64,000 nucleotides of DNA, from assembly GCA_963711835.1 (NCBI GenBank), contig CAVQFQ010000017.1:160001-224000 (forward strand). The letters are read 5' to 3'. This DNA comes from an uncultured delta proteobacterium. Lineage in GTDB: Bacteria > Desulfobacterota > RBG-13-43-22. How positions within the stretch are numbered: the first letter of the stretch is position 1; every line of letters begins with the position of its first letter. Shown piece after piece: positions 9,278-18,953 of this stretch. Made by a program: the position numbers and the translations under genes. Below the pieces are notes generated by a model. The model ran no database searches and was not told where the DNA came from. It saw nothing but the letters and a program-made list of their open reading frames with translations.

Positions 9278-10012
9278 TTAAGTTGTTTTCAGCAAAACTG
9301 CTCTGGCCAATTCCCGGCCGCTGTCCGTTAAAAAGGATTTATCAATGATGGCGGCCAACCTCTCCGGGCTCGAGGTCCGTTCTTTCTGATTTTCCTCCAG
9401 GTTGACGATCAAGTCGGCGTCGTAAAGGGCCTTGAAGTTGGTCGTCTCTTCGGCCCTGGGATGATGGTGATGGCCGACAATGTCGCAAACCTCTTCTATC
9501 AGCGGCTCCCGGGCCTTTAACTTGCCGAGGATATCTCGGGCAATAGGCGGGCCTTCCTCTTCCTGGTATTTGGCGGCCGTGCTCTGATATTTCTTTTCAG
9601 CTTCCTTAATGCCGATATCGTGCAGATAGGCGGCCGGCAGGATGACCGCCAGGTTGCCCTTTTCTTTCTTGCCGATTTCTTCCGCATACCGGGCCACCCG
9701 GGTGGCATGCCCGATGCGTTTAAAGTCCGTTCCGAAATAGCGTTTCATTTCTATGGCCACCCGGTCTTTAAGCAGATCTTCTTTCTGGGCCATCAACTCC
9801 GGGGGCAGGTCTCCCAGACATTGCTCGGCATACTGGCAGTAGGAGGCACAGCCGAAATCCATTTTGGGATTCAGGATGCGCTGGCCGCAGGATTTGCAGC
9901 GCCGGGTGGTGTCATCCTTGAAAAATTCCAGCTCCTGGCCGCAGTGAGGACATTGGGTCTCAAAAATAGAGCCGGGCTTCCAGTAACGGCTGTCTTGTCC
10001 GGGGCATTTCAT
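9278..10012 (-). CDS. HD-domain phosphohydrolase with N-terminal Cys-rich zinc-ribbon-like domain
   Basis: CPGQD, CPHCG, CKSCG and CASYC motifs, then H...AAYLHDIG...HHH...DAD. Confidence 0.8.
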   Translation of the reverse strand: MKCPGQDSRYWKPGSIFETQCPHCGQELEFFKDDTTRRCKSCGQRILNPKMDFGCASYCQYAEQCLGDLPPELMAQKEDLLKDRVAIEMKRYFGTDFKRIGHATRVARYAEEIGKKEKGNLAVILPAAYLHDIGIKEAEKKYQSTAAKYQEEEGPPIARDILGKLKAREPLIEEVCDIVGHHHHPRAEETTNFKALYDADLIVNLEENQKERTSSPERLAAIIDKSFLTDSGRELARAVLLKTT

Positions 10013-10082
10013 TTTGTTGCTTCTTTCTGATTAAGCAATAAGAAAAGTTTCTTCAGTAAAAGAGTTTCTCAAATTCCGAGAG

Positions 10083-10165
10083 CAAGGATTAAGGGGTCAA
10101 GGGTCCAAGGGGCCGGTTGGAAGGTCCTTCACTTGGACCCTCGAACCCTCGGGTCCTTGAATCCT
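10083..10165. repeat. 8-bp-period hairpin repeat (CAAGGGTC/CTTGAATC type)
   Basis: CAAGGATT, CAAGGGTC, CAAGGGGC units face CTTGGACC-CTCGAACC-CTCGGGTC-CTTGAATC. Confidence 0.7.
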
Positions 10166-10173
10166 GTTTTGCT

Positions 10174-11801
10174 CTACCCCAAGATGGCTTTCAGGTCCGC
10201 CTCCGGGGTGCTGATGGGCATGATGTTGAAATTCTTCACCAGGACATCCAGCACATTGGGGGTGATGAAGGCCGGCAGGGAAGGCCCTAAGCGGATATTC
10301 TTGATGCCCAGATAGAACAGGGTCAGCAGGATGGCCACGGCCTTTTGCTCGTACCAGGACAGGATCATCGACAGGGGCAGATCATTCACCCCGACATTAA
10401 AGGCCTTGGACAGGGCCACGGCGATCTGGATGGCCGAGTAGGCATCGTTGCACTGGCCCACGTCCAGCAGGCGGGGGATGCCTCCGATATCGCCGAGGTC
10501 CTTATCAAAAAAGCGGAACTTGCCGCAGGCCAGGGTCAGGATGACGGTGTCCTTTGGGGCCATCTCGGCAAACTGGGTGTAATAGTTTCTCCCCGGTTTG
10601 GCGCCGTCACAGCCGGCGACCAGGAAGAAGTGACGGATGGCCTTGTTTTTAACGGCCTCGATGACCTTATCGGCCACGCCCATGACGGCATTTCTTCCAA
10701 AGCCGCAGGTGACCGATTTCCCGTTGCTGTTCTCGGTGAAACCGGGCAGGGACAGGGCTTTTTCGATCACCGGGGTAAAATTCTTATCGGCAATATGGGT
10801 GACCCCGGGCCAGCCGACCAGACCGGTGGTAAAGATATTGCCCTGGTAGGATTCCTTGGGCTTTTGAATGCAGTTGGTGGTCATGAGGATGGCCCCGGGA
10901 AATTGGGCGAATTCCCGGGTCTGATTCTGCCAGGCCGTCCCGTAATGTCCGTAAAAATGGGCATATTTTTTTAACCCCGGGTAGGCGTGGGTGGGAAGCA
11001 TTTCCCCGTGGGTATAAACAAAAATTCCCTTGCCTTCGGTCTGTTTGAGGATCTCTTCCAGATCCTTCAAATCATGGCCTGAAACCAAAATGGCCTTGCC
11101 TTTCTTGGCCCCGAGGGGAACTTTAGTAGGTACCGGATGGCCGTAGGTGCCGGTATTGGCCGCATCCAGAAGTTCCATGGCCCTTAAGTTGATCTCACCG
11201 CACTTCAATACCAGCCCGACCCAGTCATTCAAGGTTAAGGTTTTATTTAAGGGCGCAGCCAGTCCTTCGTGGATAAAGGCATAGACCTTTTCGTCTTCCT
11301 GTCCCAGGATCCGGGCATGATCGGCATAGGCCGCTACCCCTTTAATCCCGAAGGTAACGGTCCATTGCAGGCCATGGATATCGCGGTCGGTGGTGGTATC
11401 GGACTGAATCCCCACTCCCTCTCCCTGCTTGACCAGTTCTTCCTGAGTGGCCGCCGGCTGCAGCCTGGCCGGTCCGTCCGAAAAATCCCCTTTTCCTCCG
11501 GCGGCCTTTACCTTGGCCTTGAGATCCTCACGAAGCGCGACCGTTCGTTTGATCAGGGTAATCAACCGCTCCGGATCAAAATCCACATTGGTGAGGGTGG
11601 AAAAAGTGGCCTCGCAGGTAAAGACATTAACGGCCCGGTCGCTGAGACCGACTTTCCTTCCTTCCACGGCTACCAGGGAAAGACCCCTGAGGGCATAAAT
11701 CAGAAGGTCCTGAAGGGCCGCCACCTCGGGCTGCTTGCCGCAGACACCCACTCGGTACAGCCGGTTCCTTTTGCTGTTTGTTCACATTGATAACAAAACA
11801 T
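10174..11801 (-). CDS. hcp: Hybrid cluster protein (hydroxylamine/NO reductase), apparent 1-bp deletion near 11753
   Basis: True start at 11801 gives MFCYQCEQTAKGTGCT, then shifts into VGVCGK. Also SGHDL, THGEMLP, TTNC, GQCNDAYS and SWYEQKA. Confidence 0.93.
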
Positions 11802-11886
11802 ACCATCTTCTCCTTTCGGTTTTCGGATAATTTCTCATTTGGCTTAAATCGATGGCTTAACTATAAGCATTGGATTTCGGAAAGCC

Positions 11887-11902
11887 ATTGACTTAAGTCA
11901 AT
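11887..11902. promoter_or_regulatory. CRP/FNR-family (HcpR-like) binding site upstream of hcp
   Basis: Perfect 16-bp palindrome ATTGACTTAAGTCAAT (TTGAC-N4-GTCAA) about 85 bp upstream of the hcp start. Confidence 0.7.
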
Positions 11903-11931
11903 AAAAGATTTTTTTTCTAAAAATAGAGTTT

Positions 11932-12296
11932 GTCCCAAAGTTACGTGATTTTTAAGCCATCCATTCATAGAGGGCTTCAGGGGTCTTGATTTCAAGGTTG
12001 TCCGAAAGGGTATCCGTAGCCCCAAACTGGGATCCACTCCGCAGGAGTGGGACTGAGCATTGTTTTGGATGCGAAGAACCCGGCCAGAATTTCTAAGTTG
12101 GTTGGGAGCCGGGCATTCACCTAAGACGATAAATCGCCTTGGTGTTGGCCTGTTTCAAAATCCCATTATAAACTTCCTGCCCGGGTTCAGGCTGTTGGCG
12201 TTTTGGCGGACAATCCTTGAAATCAAGACCCCTGAAGCCCTTTGGTAATATTTAAGAGGCTACCCCTTCGGTTTGAGAATTACGTAACTTTGGGAC
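11932..12296. mobile_element. Non-coding MITE/REPIN-like element with nested inverted repeats (copy A)
   Basis: Outer IR 11932-11950 / 12278-12296 (18/19). Inner IR 11971-12004 / 12207-12241 with core GGGGTCTTGATTTCAAGG. Confidence 0.75.
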
Positions 12297-12338
12297 TATC
12301 CTAAAAAATAGGTTCTTCTCCCGACAACCCGGGAGAAA

Positions 12339-13379
12339 TTATGTTAGAGGCTTCTCTTCTCGAAGGTGAACAATACGCTGGGGGAAAGGAATTTCGATAT
12401 CTTCGTCCTTAAAGCGCTTAAAGATTCTTTTTCGCAATTCATGCTGGACGGAAAATTGATCGGAAACATCCTGAATCTGGCAAATAAGGGTGAAATCCAG
12501 CCAACTTTCCCCAAAACCCGGTGCAAATCTGACTTCGGCCTGGGTTTCTTCGATCAGCCCCGTGACCTCTCCGGCGGCCTTGGCGCATTCATCCAAAAGG
12601 ATCCTTTCGATTTTCTCCGGATCGGAATCATAACCGACATGAATAGGTATCGAGATGGCCATCTTTTTTTCCGGCAAATGGTAATTGATTACGACGCTTT
12701 GGGAAAGTTTGCTGTTGGGAATGACCACTATGGTGTTGGCCGGCATCTTGATCCGGGTGGTCCTCCAGGTGATGTCCATGACCTGGCCTTCCTGCCCGGA
12801 TTCGAGGCGGATAAAATCGCCGATGCGGATGGACTTTTCCAACAGGATATGGATTCCGGCAAAGAGATTGGACAGGGTATCCTGAAGAGCCAGGGCCACG
12901 GCCAGTCCGCCGACGCCCAAAGCGGTTAGAAGGGGGGCGATGGAAACGCCCAAAGCCGTCAGGATAATTAAAAAACCGATAATAAAAACAGACCCTTTGA
13001 GGATACTGTAGGCCAGGCCGGTAGCGGGTATGGGGAGCTGGGTTTTATGGATATAATTTTTGTACAGTCCCCCCACCAGGTTGGCCAGGGCGATGGTGAG
13101 AGTTAATATGATTATGCAATAAATGGTTTTGTTGAAGTAAGGAAGGTAATGGTCCGGAAGGTCCGATATCCCGACTCCCAAAAAGAGGCCAATGGATAGA
13201 CACCCATAAAGGGAAGGGGTCCTAAAAACGGCGATAAACAGGTCATCGAAAGTGTTTTGGGTGCGTTGGGCCCAGCGGTGGAGGAGATGGAAAAGGATTT
13301 TGCGAAGAATCAGGAGGACTATGATGGAACCCAGGATCACCAGGCTGGGGGTGATCAGATAGGGAAGGGCTTGGACCAT
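12339..13379 (-). CDS. mscS: MscS family small-conductance mechanosensitive channel
   Basis: LGVGGLAVALALQDTLSNLFAG, GDFI, ITWRTT, IPNS and IEIPFPQR motifs. Confidence 0.9.
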   Translation of the reverse strand: MVQALPYLITPSLVILGSIIVLLILRKILFHLLHRWAQRTQNTFDDLFIAVFRTPSLYGCLSIGLFLGVGISDLPDHYLPYFNKTIYCIIILTLTIALANLVGGLYKNYIHKTQLPIPATGLAYSILKGSVFIIGFLIILTALGVSIAPLLTALGVGGLAVALALQDTLSNLFAGIHILLEKSIRIGDFIRLESGQEGQVMDITWRTTRIKMPANTIVVIPNSKLSQSVVINYHLPEKKMAISIPIHVGYDSDPEKIERILLDECAKAAGEVTGLIEETQAEVRFAPGFGESWLDFTLICQIQDVSDQFSVQHELRKRIFKRFKDEDIEIPFPQRIVHLREEKPLT

Positions 13380-13522
13380 GGATCCTCCTCGGTGTCAGGT
13401 TCCAGGAGTTCTCGATAAAGCCGAGGTAAACCCTCCTGAGAGCCTCTTATGGTAGCATGATTTATGGCTTCAGGTCTAATAAGAAAATGCAGAAGTTTTT
13501 AACGCCCGAAGGGCCTGACGGG

Positions 13523-13573
13523 AGCATGGCGGCAGGTCGCCGCTCGGCTGAGCTCGCCGCATGCCGCCATGCT
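13523..13573. repeat. Intergenic palindrome with 12-bp stem
   Basis: AGCATGGCGGCA (13523-13534) / TGCCGCCATGCT (13562-13573). Confidence 0.6.
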
Positions 13574-13764
13574 GTCTGTACTACTAATGTGCAATTTCTT
13601 TAAATTTTGTTTTTATATTTCAAAACCAGATCGATGTTATTTGTATTTTTTATCCAAATGAGGTAAATACTACATTAGTTTTCGGGTAAAAAAATACAAA
13701 TAATTTCAACGGCTCCCTGCCTCCGGGGCGGTTTATTTTCAGATTTCAAAAAGGGGATAACCCT

Positions 13765-14988
13765 ATGCCATCCACCAGAATAAAGATGCTTTCAGTCCTG
13801 TGGGGCTGTATCTTTTTTATATTAGTCAGTCTCCTGCCGGGTTCTTCCCGGGCGGATAAGAAGGTGGTGAAATTAGGATTTGTGGCGGATATTACCGGAC
13901 CGGGCTTTTTAATCGCCCTGGCCCAGAAAAATGCCCTTCAACTCGGCCAGGAGGAGATCAATTCCACCGGCGGCCTGCTGGGGCGCAAGGTGGAGATGAT
14001 CATTCAGGACTCCCAGTTAAAACCGGAGTTGGCGGCGGCCCTGGCCCGGGAGATGATTCTCCGGGATAAGGTCGATTTTATGATCGGACCGACCAGTCCT
14101 TCCGTGGCCCTGGCGGTGTCCATGGTCTGCAGGGAATATAAAAAATTAATCTGCTTTCACAGTGCCGGCAATGAAAACCTTACGGTCGAACAGGGGCACC
14201 GGTATTTATATCAGGTGATACCGAACACCTATATGGAAGGGCAGGCCGCAGCCACTTTTCTCTTTAAAAAAGGCTTTAAAAAGATCGCCATCATAGGACC
14301 GGACGTTGACTACGGGCACATGGTGGCGGCGGCCTTTAAAAAACGCCTGGCTGATCTTAGTCCCTCGGTCCAGGTCGTCAAGGAGCTTTGGCCCAGAATC
14401 GGGGAACCAGGCTATGTCGGTTCGATCCATACCTTATTATCCGGCGGTCAGGATGCCGTATTCTCCCTTCTCTGGGGCGGCGATCTGGCCAACTTTATCC
14501 GCCAGGCCAAACCGCTCGGCTTTTTCCAAAGGGTTCCCTTTCTCGGAATGATTGATTACGACCTCCTGAAAGGGTTGGGCGTGGAAATGATCCCTAACCT
14601 CTACGGGTTTGACCGGGCTCCTTTTTACGCCCTAAGCAACCCTCAGATGAAGGCCTTTGTGGAAAAGTATAAAACCCGGACCGGGGAATACCCCTCGGCC
14701 TGGGCTATTATGGCCTACGACGGACTGATGGCCCTCAGAAAGGCCGTTGAAAAAGCCAAGTCCCTGGATACCGAAAAAGTCATCGATGCCCTGGAGGGGC
14801 TGCAATGGGATTCCCTGCGGGGGCCCCTGACCATCCGGCCTTTTGATCATCTGGCCGGCGCCGGTACCTATTTCGGGATAACGGTTAAGGACCCCAAATA
14901 CTCTTTTTATATCATGCGGGAGGTGGTCTATTTCCCGGGAAACGACCTCTGGCATCTGGTAGAGGAGATCAAGAGCCTGAGAAAATAA
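13765..14988 (+). CDS. Periplasmic substrate-binding protein, LivJ/branched-chain type (no ABC permease nearby)
   Basis: Signal peptide, EINSTGGLLGRKVE, AYDG...AVEKAKSLD, GPLTIR. Confidence 0.85.
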   Translation: MPSTRIKMLSVLWGCIFFILVSLLPGSSRADKKVVKLGFVADITGPGFLIALAQKNALQLGQEEINSTGGLLGRKVEMIIQDSQLKPELAAALAREMILRDKVDFMIGPTSPSVALAVSMVCREYKKLICFHSAGNENLTVEQGHRYLYQVIPNTYMEGQAAATFLFKKGFKKIAIIGPDVDYGHMVAAAFKKRLADLSPSVQVVKELWPRIGEPGYVGSIHTLLSGGQDAVFSLLWGGDLANFIRQAKPLGFFQRVPFLGMIDYDLLKGLGVEMIPNLYGFDRAPFYALSNPQMKAFVEKYKTRTGEYPSAWAIMAYDGLMALRKAVEKAKSLDTEKVIDALEGLQWDSLRGPLTIRPFDHLAGAGTYFGITVKDPKYSFYIMREVVYFPGNDLWHLVEEIKSLRK

Positions 14989-14997
14989 GGAGGGGGG

Positions 14998-16416
14998 ATG
15001 ACCCAACTTAAAAAACTCATCGACCGGATCATCAACCGGGTGAATATCAACTTGAGGGAACCGGCTTTTGATGTGGGTCCTTACCTGCGCCACCTGATTC
15101 CTTATAATAAGTTCGTCAAGTTCTATGCCTTTTACGGCCTTAGCGCCCATCACCCGCTCCTGTTTCGTTTCAGCCAATCCAGCCTGGCCGGAAGCTATTT
15201 CCTGGGCAAATGTATTGTGGACTATTCCGTCCTTTATAAAAGCGATATCCGGGGGGATGAATTGAAAAGCCGGGGGGATGTCTATCGCTATCAAAACCTG
15301 GATATCCCCCTGCACGACAATGAAGTCATTCATATCAAGGACAGTTTTTTAATAAAGACCCTGGTCCATAACTTTTCCCATGACCCGGAAAATCTGGAGG
15401 AATTCCTGATCCAGAACACCGCCGCCCTTCATTATGCCAACATTCACGGGGCCACCGTGGAAGGGTGCTTTCTGGGTCCGTTCAGCACCATTGATCTGAC
15501 CACCGTCCATGACTGTGTTATCGGGACCTATGCCTATGTGCAGGTGGGGGAACTGGCCCATCATCTGGTGGAGCCGGGAAGGATCTGGGTGCGAAGCGGG
15601 GAGCGCTTTGATTTTCAGTATCAATTCCCCCAGGAGGTCTTAGACCGCTATATCCTCTGCCGACCCGGCAAATTAATACGGGGGCGGTTCATAGATTTTA
15701 TCAACAGTAAAAAACAGGATTTTCAAAAGGTTTTTGAGGTCCATCCCCGGCCTTCCATTCCGGTGCCCTCCGGAGCGGTTTTAAATCATTATGCCGTGGT
15801 CAAAGGCGAGACCCGGCTTCACGAAAACGTGCTGGTGGCCCAGAGGGCTTATCTGGAAAACGCCTGGTTGGGCCCGGGGGCCAATGCCCAGGAGAATTGC
15901 TATATCCTTAATTCCCGCCTGGAGGGCTTCAACGTGACGGCCCACGGTGGAAAGATTTTTCATGCCCGTTTGGGGAAAAAGGTCTTTGTCGGGTTCAACG
16001 CCTGTCTTTCCGGCAGTTCCGATAAACCGCTGGCCATTGGGGACGGCAGCATCATCATGCCGCATACCATCATTGATCTGGAAGAACCGGTCACGATCCC
16101 ATCCGGACAGTTAGTCTGGGGGTTTATCCGGAACCGGCAGGACCTGAAAGACCACAGCCTTTCCCTGGAGGCATTTTCCAGGATCCGGGGCGAATTTCAG
16201 CAAGGGGCCATGCAGTTTAAAGGCCTGGGGGAGGAATTCGTCCAGGCCTTTGTTCGTCGCATCGAACATATCCTTGAGGCCAACGGGGCCTACTTTGACG
16301 GAAAGAAAAACCGGGGTCACGCCCAGAAAAATCAGGATATATCCTTTAATACCATCCAGCCTTACACGAGGGGCGCCCTGAAAGGGCTGTATCCCACCAT
16401 AGAAATACGACCTTAA
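14998..16416 (+). CDS. Uncharacterised transferase-like protein with left-handed beta-helix (hexapeptide-like) segments
   Basis: Hexapeptide-like periodicity (ENVLVAQRAYLENAWLGPGANAQENCYI, KKVFVGFNA, IGDGSIIMPHTII). Strong RBS, 9 bp after the SBP gene. Confidence 0.6.
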   Translation: MTQLKKLIDRIINRVNINLREPAFDVGPYLRHLIPYNKFVKFYAFYGLSAHHPLLFRFSQSSLAGSYFLGKCIVDYSVLYKSDIRGDELKSRGDVYRYQNLDIPLHDNEVIHIKDSFLIKTLVHNFSHDPENLEEFLIQNTAALHYANIHGATVEGCFLGPFSTIDLTTVHDCVIGTYAYVQVGELAHHLVEPGRIWVRSGERFDFQYQFPQEVLDRYILCRPGKLIRGRFIDFINSKKQDFQKVFEVHPRPSIPVPSGAVLNHYAVVKGETRLHENVLVAQRAYLENAWLGPGANAQENCYILNSRLEGFNVTAHGGKIFHARLGKKVFVGFNACLSGSSDKPLAIGDGSIIMPHTIIDLEEPVTIPSGQLVWGFIRNRQDLKDHSLSLEAFSRIRGEFQQGAMQFKGLGEEFVQAFVRRIEHILEANGAYFDGKKNRGHAQKNQDISFNTIQPYTRGALKGLYPTIEIRP

Positions 16417-16460
16417 TCAAAATAGGTTCCGTCCGGAAATCACAGATATCCTGGATGGAG

Positions 16461-16531
16461 CGTTCAGCTTTCAGCAGACAGCAGTCAGCTTAATCGATAA
16501 TTTCTAAAGTTTTTTGCTGAAGGCTATTAGC
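16461..16531. repeat. 7-bp-period repeat (CAGTCAG/CTTTCAG type)
   Basis: CGTTCAG-CTTTCAG-CAGACAG-CAGTCAG-C, with partial complement GCTGAAGGCT downstream. Confidence 0.5.
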
Positions 16532-16778
16532 CTTCATCCGAAAAACGCCTTTTCCCGATGCAAAGAATTAATTTTTAGACAAATAGCTCCGAAATAGGTG
16601 GACCAGGTTATAAAGTGTCATTCATTTTGTACAACTCTGTAACCTTATTAACGACCGTCGCCTTAACCGGTTATTTTTTTTGATTCCTTCATGTTATTTT
16701 TTTATTGCTTGAAGGGCAAAACTTTGTTACAGAATTCACTTAATTTCCAAAATCCTCAAAATTAAGGAGGGAATTAAA

Positions 16779-17285
16779 ATGCCACATGAAAAAAAAGTGG
16801 GGGAGTTGATGATCCCTTTAACGGATTATCCTCATATTCCGTACTGGTTTACGATCAAACAGGCCATTGCCATCGTTAAGAAGTCGGCCCTGGGGCTTGA
16901 GGGGAAATTAGAACCCAACACCCTGCTCATTTTTGATGAGAAATATCAATTGATGGGATCGTTAACTATGAAGGATCTGATCAGGGGCATTGAAAAAAAA
17001 TTCATCCGTTCCAACGGCTTCATGTCCAAGGAATGGGACACCCCCGTCTTTTTTGAGGGGTTGTTCACCGAGGGCGTCAAGGAAGAGGCCCAGAAGCCGG
17101 TCAGCGAGATCATGTCTCCCGTTAAAGATACCATGCAAGCAGGAGAATCAATTATTAAGGCCATTTATATTATGATGGAACAAGACCAAAATCTACTCCC
17201 AGTGTTGGATCAGGGCACCGTAGTCGGGGTCATCCGGTTGAATGAAATATTCAATGAACTCGCCAAACTGGTTCTGGGTGATTAG
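16779..17285 (+). CDS. CBS domain protein
   Basis: KVGELMIP, PVSEIMSP, LLPVLDQGTVVGVI. AAGGAGG RBS. Confidence 0.85.
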   Translation: MPHEKKVGELMIPLTDYPHIPYWFTIKQAIAIVKKSALGLEGKLEPNTLLIFDEKYQLMGSLTMKDLIRGIEKKFIRSNGFMSKEWDTPVFFEGLFTEGVKEEAQKPVSEIMSPVKDTMQAGESIIKAIYIMMEQDQNLLPVLDQGTVVGVIRLNEIFNELAKLVLGD

Positions 17286-17293
17286 AGGAGGAA

Positions 17294-18820
17294 ATGATGG
17301 CTGAAGCGAAAAAGAAACCAATTGTCTCTGAAGGACTTCCCGAGATCCCCGATAAAATCCATCTCGCCCCCATTTATAAGCGGATTGACTGGAAAAGAAT
17401 ACTTTTTATTTTGTTAGGGTTAGGCCTTTTTTTCTGGCTTTACCTGATTCCTCCCTTGCCGGATGCTGTAGACCCGACCGGCAAACACTTTGCCCTTTCC
17501 CAACCAGGGAAGGCTGCCCTCGGTCTTTTTCTGCTGGCCGGAATCTGGTGGGTTTTTGAGGTGATCCCGATCGGGGTGACCAGTATTGCCATCGGGGTGG
17601 TCCAGGCCATCTTTAGCATTCGAACTGCCAAGGATGCCTTCAGGGATTTTATGGACCCTTCGGTTATGTTTATCTTCGGTTCTCTCTTGATTGGTCTGGC
17701 CTTCACCAAATCCGGTCTGACCCGAAGACTGGCTTATAAAATGCTGGCCATCGTCGGCGAAAACACCAAGATGATCCTGCTGGGGACCATGGTTATTGTG
17801 GCTGCCTTGGCTCATTTTATGGCCCATACGGCCGCGGCGGCTACGGTCTTTCCAATCCTGATGGCTATCTACGCCCTCTATGGGGAAGGAGACCGGCCGA
17901 CTAAATTCGGTAAGGCCCTTTTTATCGGGATGGCCTACAGTGCCGGAGCGGGGAGTATTGCCACCATGCTGGGCTCGGCCAGAGCCCCGGCTGGGGTGGG
18001 GATGTTTAAAGAGTTTACCGGACAGGATATTACTTTTTTCGAGCTTTCCAAATACTTGATTCCATTAAGCTGGTTAATGGTTATTTTGGTCTGGCTATTG
18101 CTGATCACTTTTTTTAAACCCGAAAAGCCGAGAATCGAAGGATTAAAGAAAAAGGCCGAGGATCTTTATAGACAATTGGGACCTATGGGCGTTAAGGAAA
18201 AATTTGTTATTTTTCTGGTAATCGGGGTGGTCATCACCATGACCCTCCAGTCTTTTCTTCCTGCCATGAAATACCTGGATCGATCGGCCATAATCCTGGT
18301 CGCCGGTCTTTTATTTTTCCTTTCCAAACTGGTTACCGTCAAAGAACTGGAAGAAATCCCCTGGAATATTGTTTTGCTCTTCAGCGGGGCCATGAGCATC
18401 GGCTTCTGTCTATGGCAGGTGGGCACAGCCCAGTGGCTGGCCGTCCATTGGCTCAACATGTTTAAGGAGTCGCATTGGCTGGTCTTTGTCATGAGCATCG
18501 CCACCTTTGTCCTGATCATGACCAATTTTATTATGAATGTGGCGGCCATCGCCATCTCATTGCCGGTGGCCCTGGTCATTGCCAAATACCTGGGGGTCAG
18601 CCCGGAGGTGGTCTTTTTTGCCTCTTTGGTTACTGCGGGCATGCCCTTCATCCTCCTGATCGGCGCTGCCCCCAATGCCATGTCCTATGAATCGAAGCAA
18701 TTTACTACCGGAGAATTTTTCTGGGCCGGCATACCCGCCAGCATTGTTTTGTTAATCATATTGGCTATCACCATTCTGACGATCTGGCCGATTTTGGGGA
18801 TGCCGATATTGGTTAAATAG
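17294..18820 (+). CDS. SLC13/DASS family anion (sulfate or dicarboxylate) transporter
   Basis: Many TM segments, WWVFEVIPIGVT, SGLTRRLA, IPWNIVLLFSGA, TNFIMNVAA, AAPNAM. Confidence 0.88.
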   Translation: MMAEAKKKPIVSEGLPEIPDKIHLAPIYKRIDWKRILFILLGLGLFFWLYLIPPLPDAVDPTGKHFALSQPGKAALGLFLLAGIWWVFEVIPIGVTSIAIGVVQAIFSIRTAKDAFRDFMDPSVMFIFGSLLIGLAFTKSGLTRRLAYKMLAIVGENTKMILLGTMVIVAALAHFMAHTAAAATVFPILMAIYALYGEGDRPTKFGKALFIGMAYSAGAGSIATMLGSARAPAGVGMFKEFTGQDITFFELSKYLIPLSWLMVILVWLLLITFFKPEKPRIEGLKKKAEDLYRQLGPMGVKEKFVIFLVIGVVITMTLQSFLPAMKYLDRSAIILVAGLLFFLSKLVTVKELEEIPWNIVLLFSGAMSIGFCLWQVGTAQWLAVHWLNMFKESHWLVFVMSIATFVLIMTNFIMNVAAIAISLPVALVIAKYLGVSPEVVFFASLVTAGMPFILLIGAAPNAMSYESKQFTTGEFFWAGIPASIVLLIILAITILTIWPILGMPILVK

Positions 18821-18953
18821 GAGAGCAGTCGGCTTTAGCGATCAAGGTGCAACGGTCAAGGGAAAACCTCAAATAAACGATAGCTCTTTTTGGCTTATCC
18901 TCTGACTGCTTTCAGGCTAACTCTATCTGAATTTCCAAAAGGAGATGTCAGAC

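Noticed and set aside
12060-12248. Short ORFs inside the palindromic elements (also 58657-58851)
   Set aside because: No RBS, and not conserved between copies A and B at the protein level.
16714-16729. Sigma54 promoter before the CBS-DASS operon
   Set aside because: It reads GG-N10-GT without TGGC, too degenerate to call.
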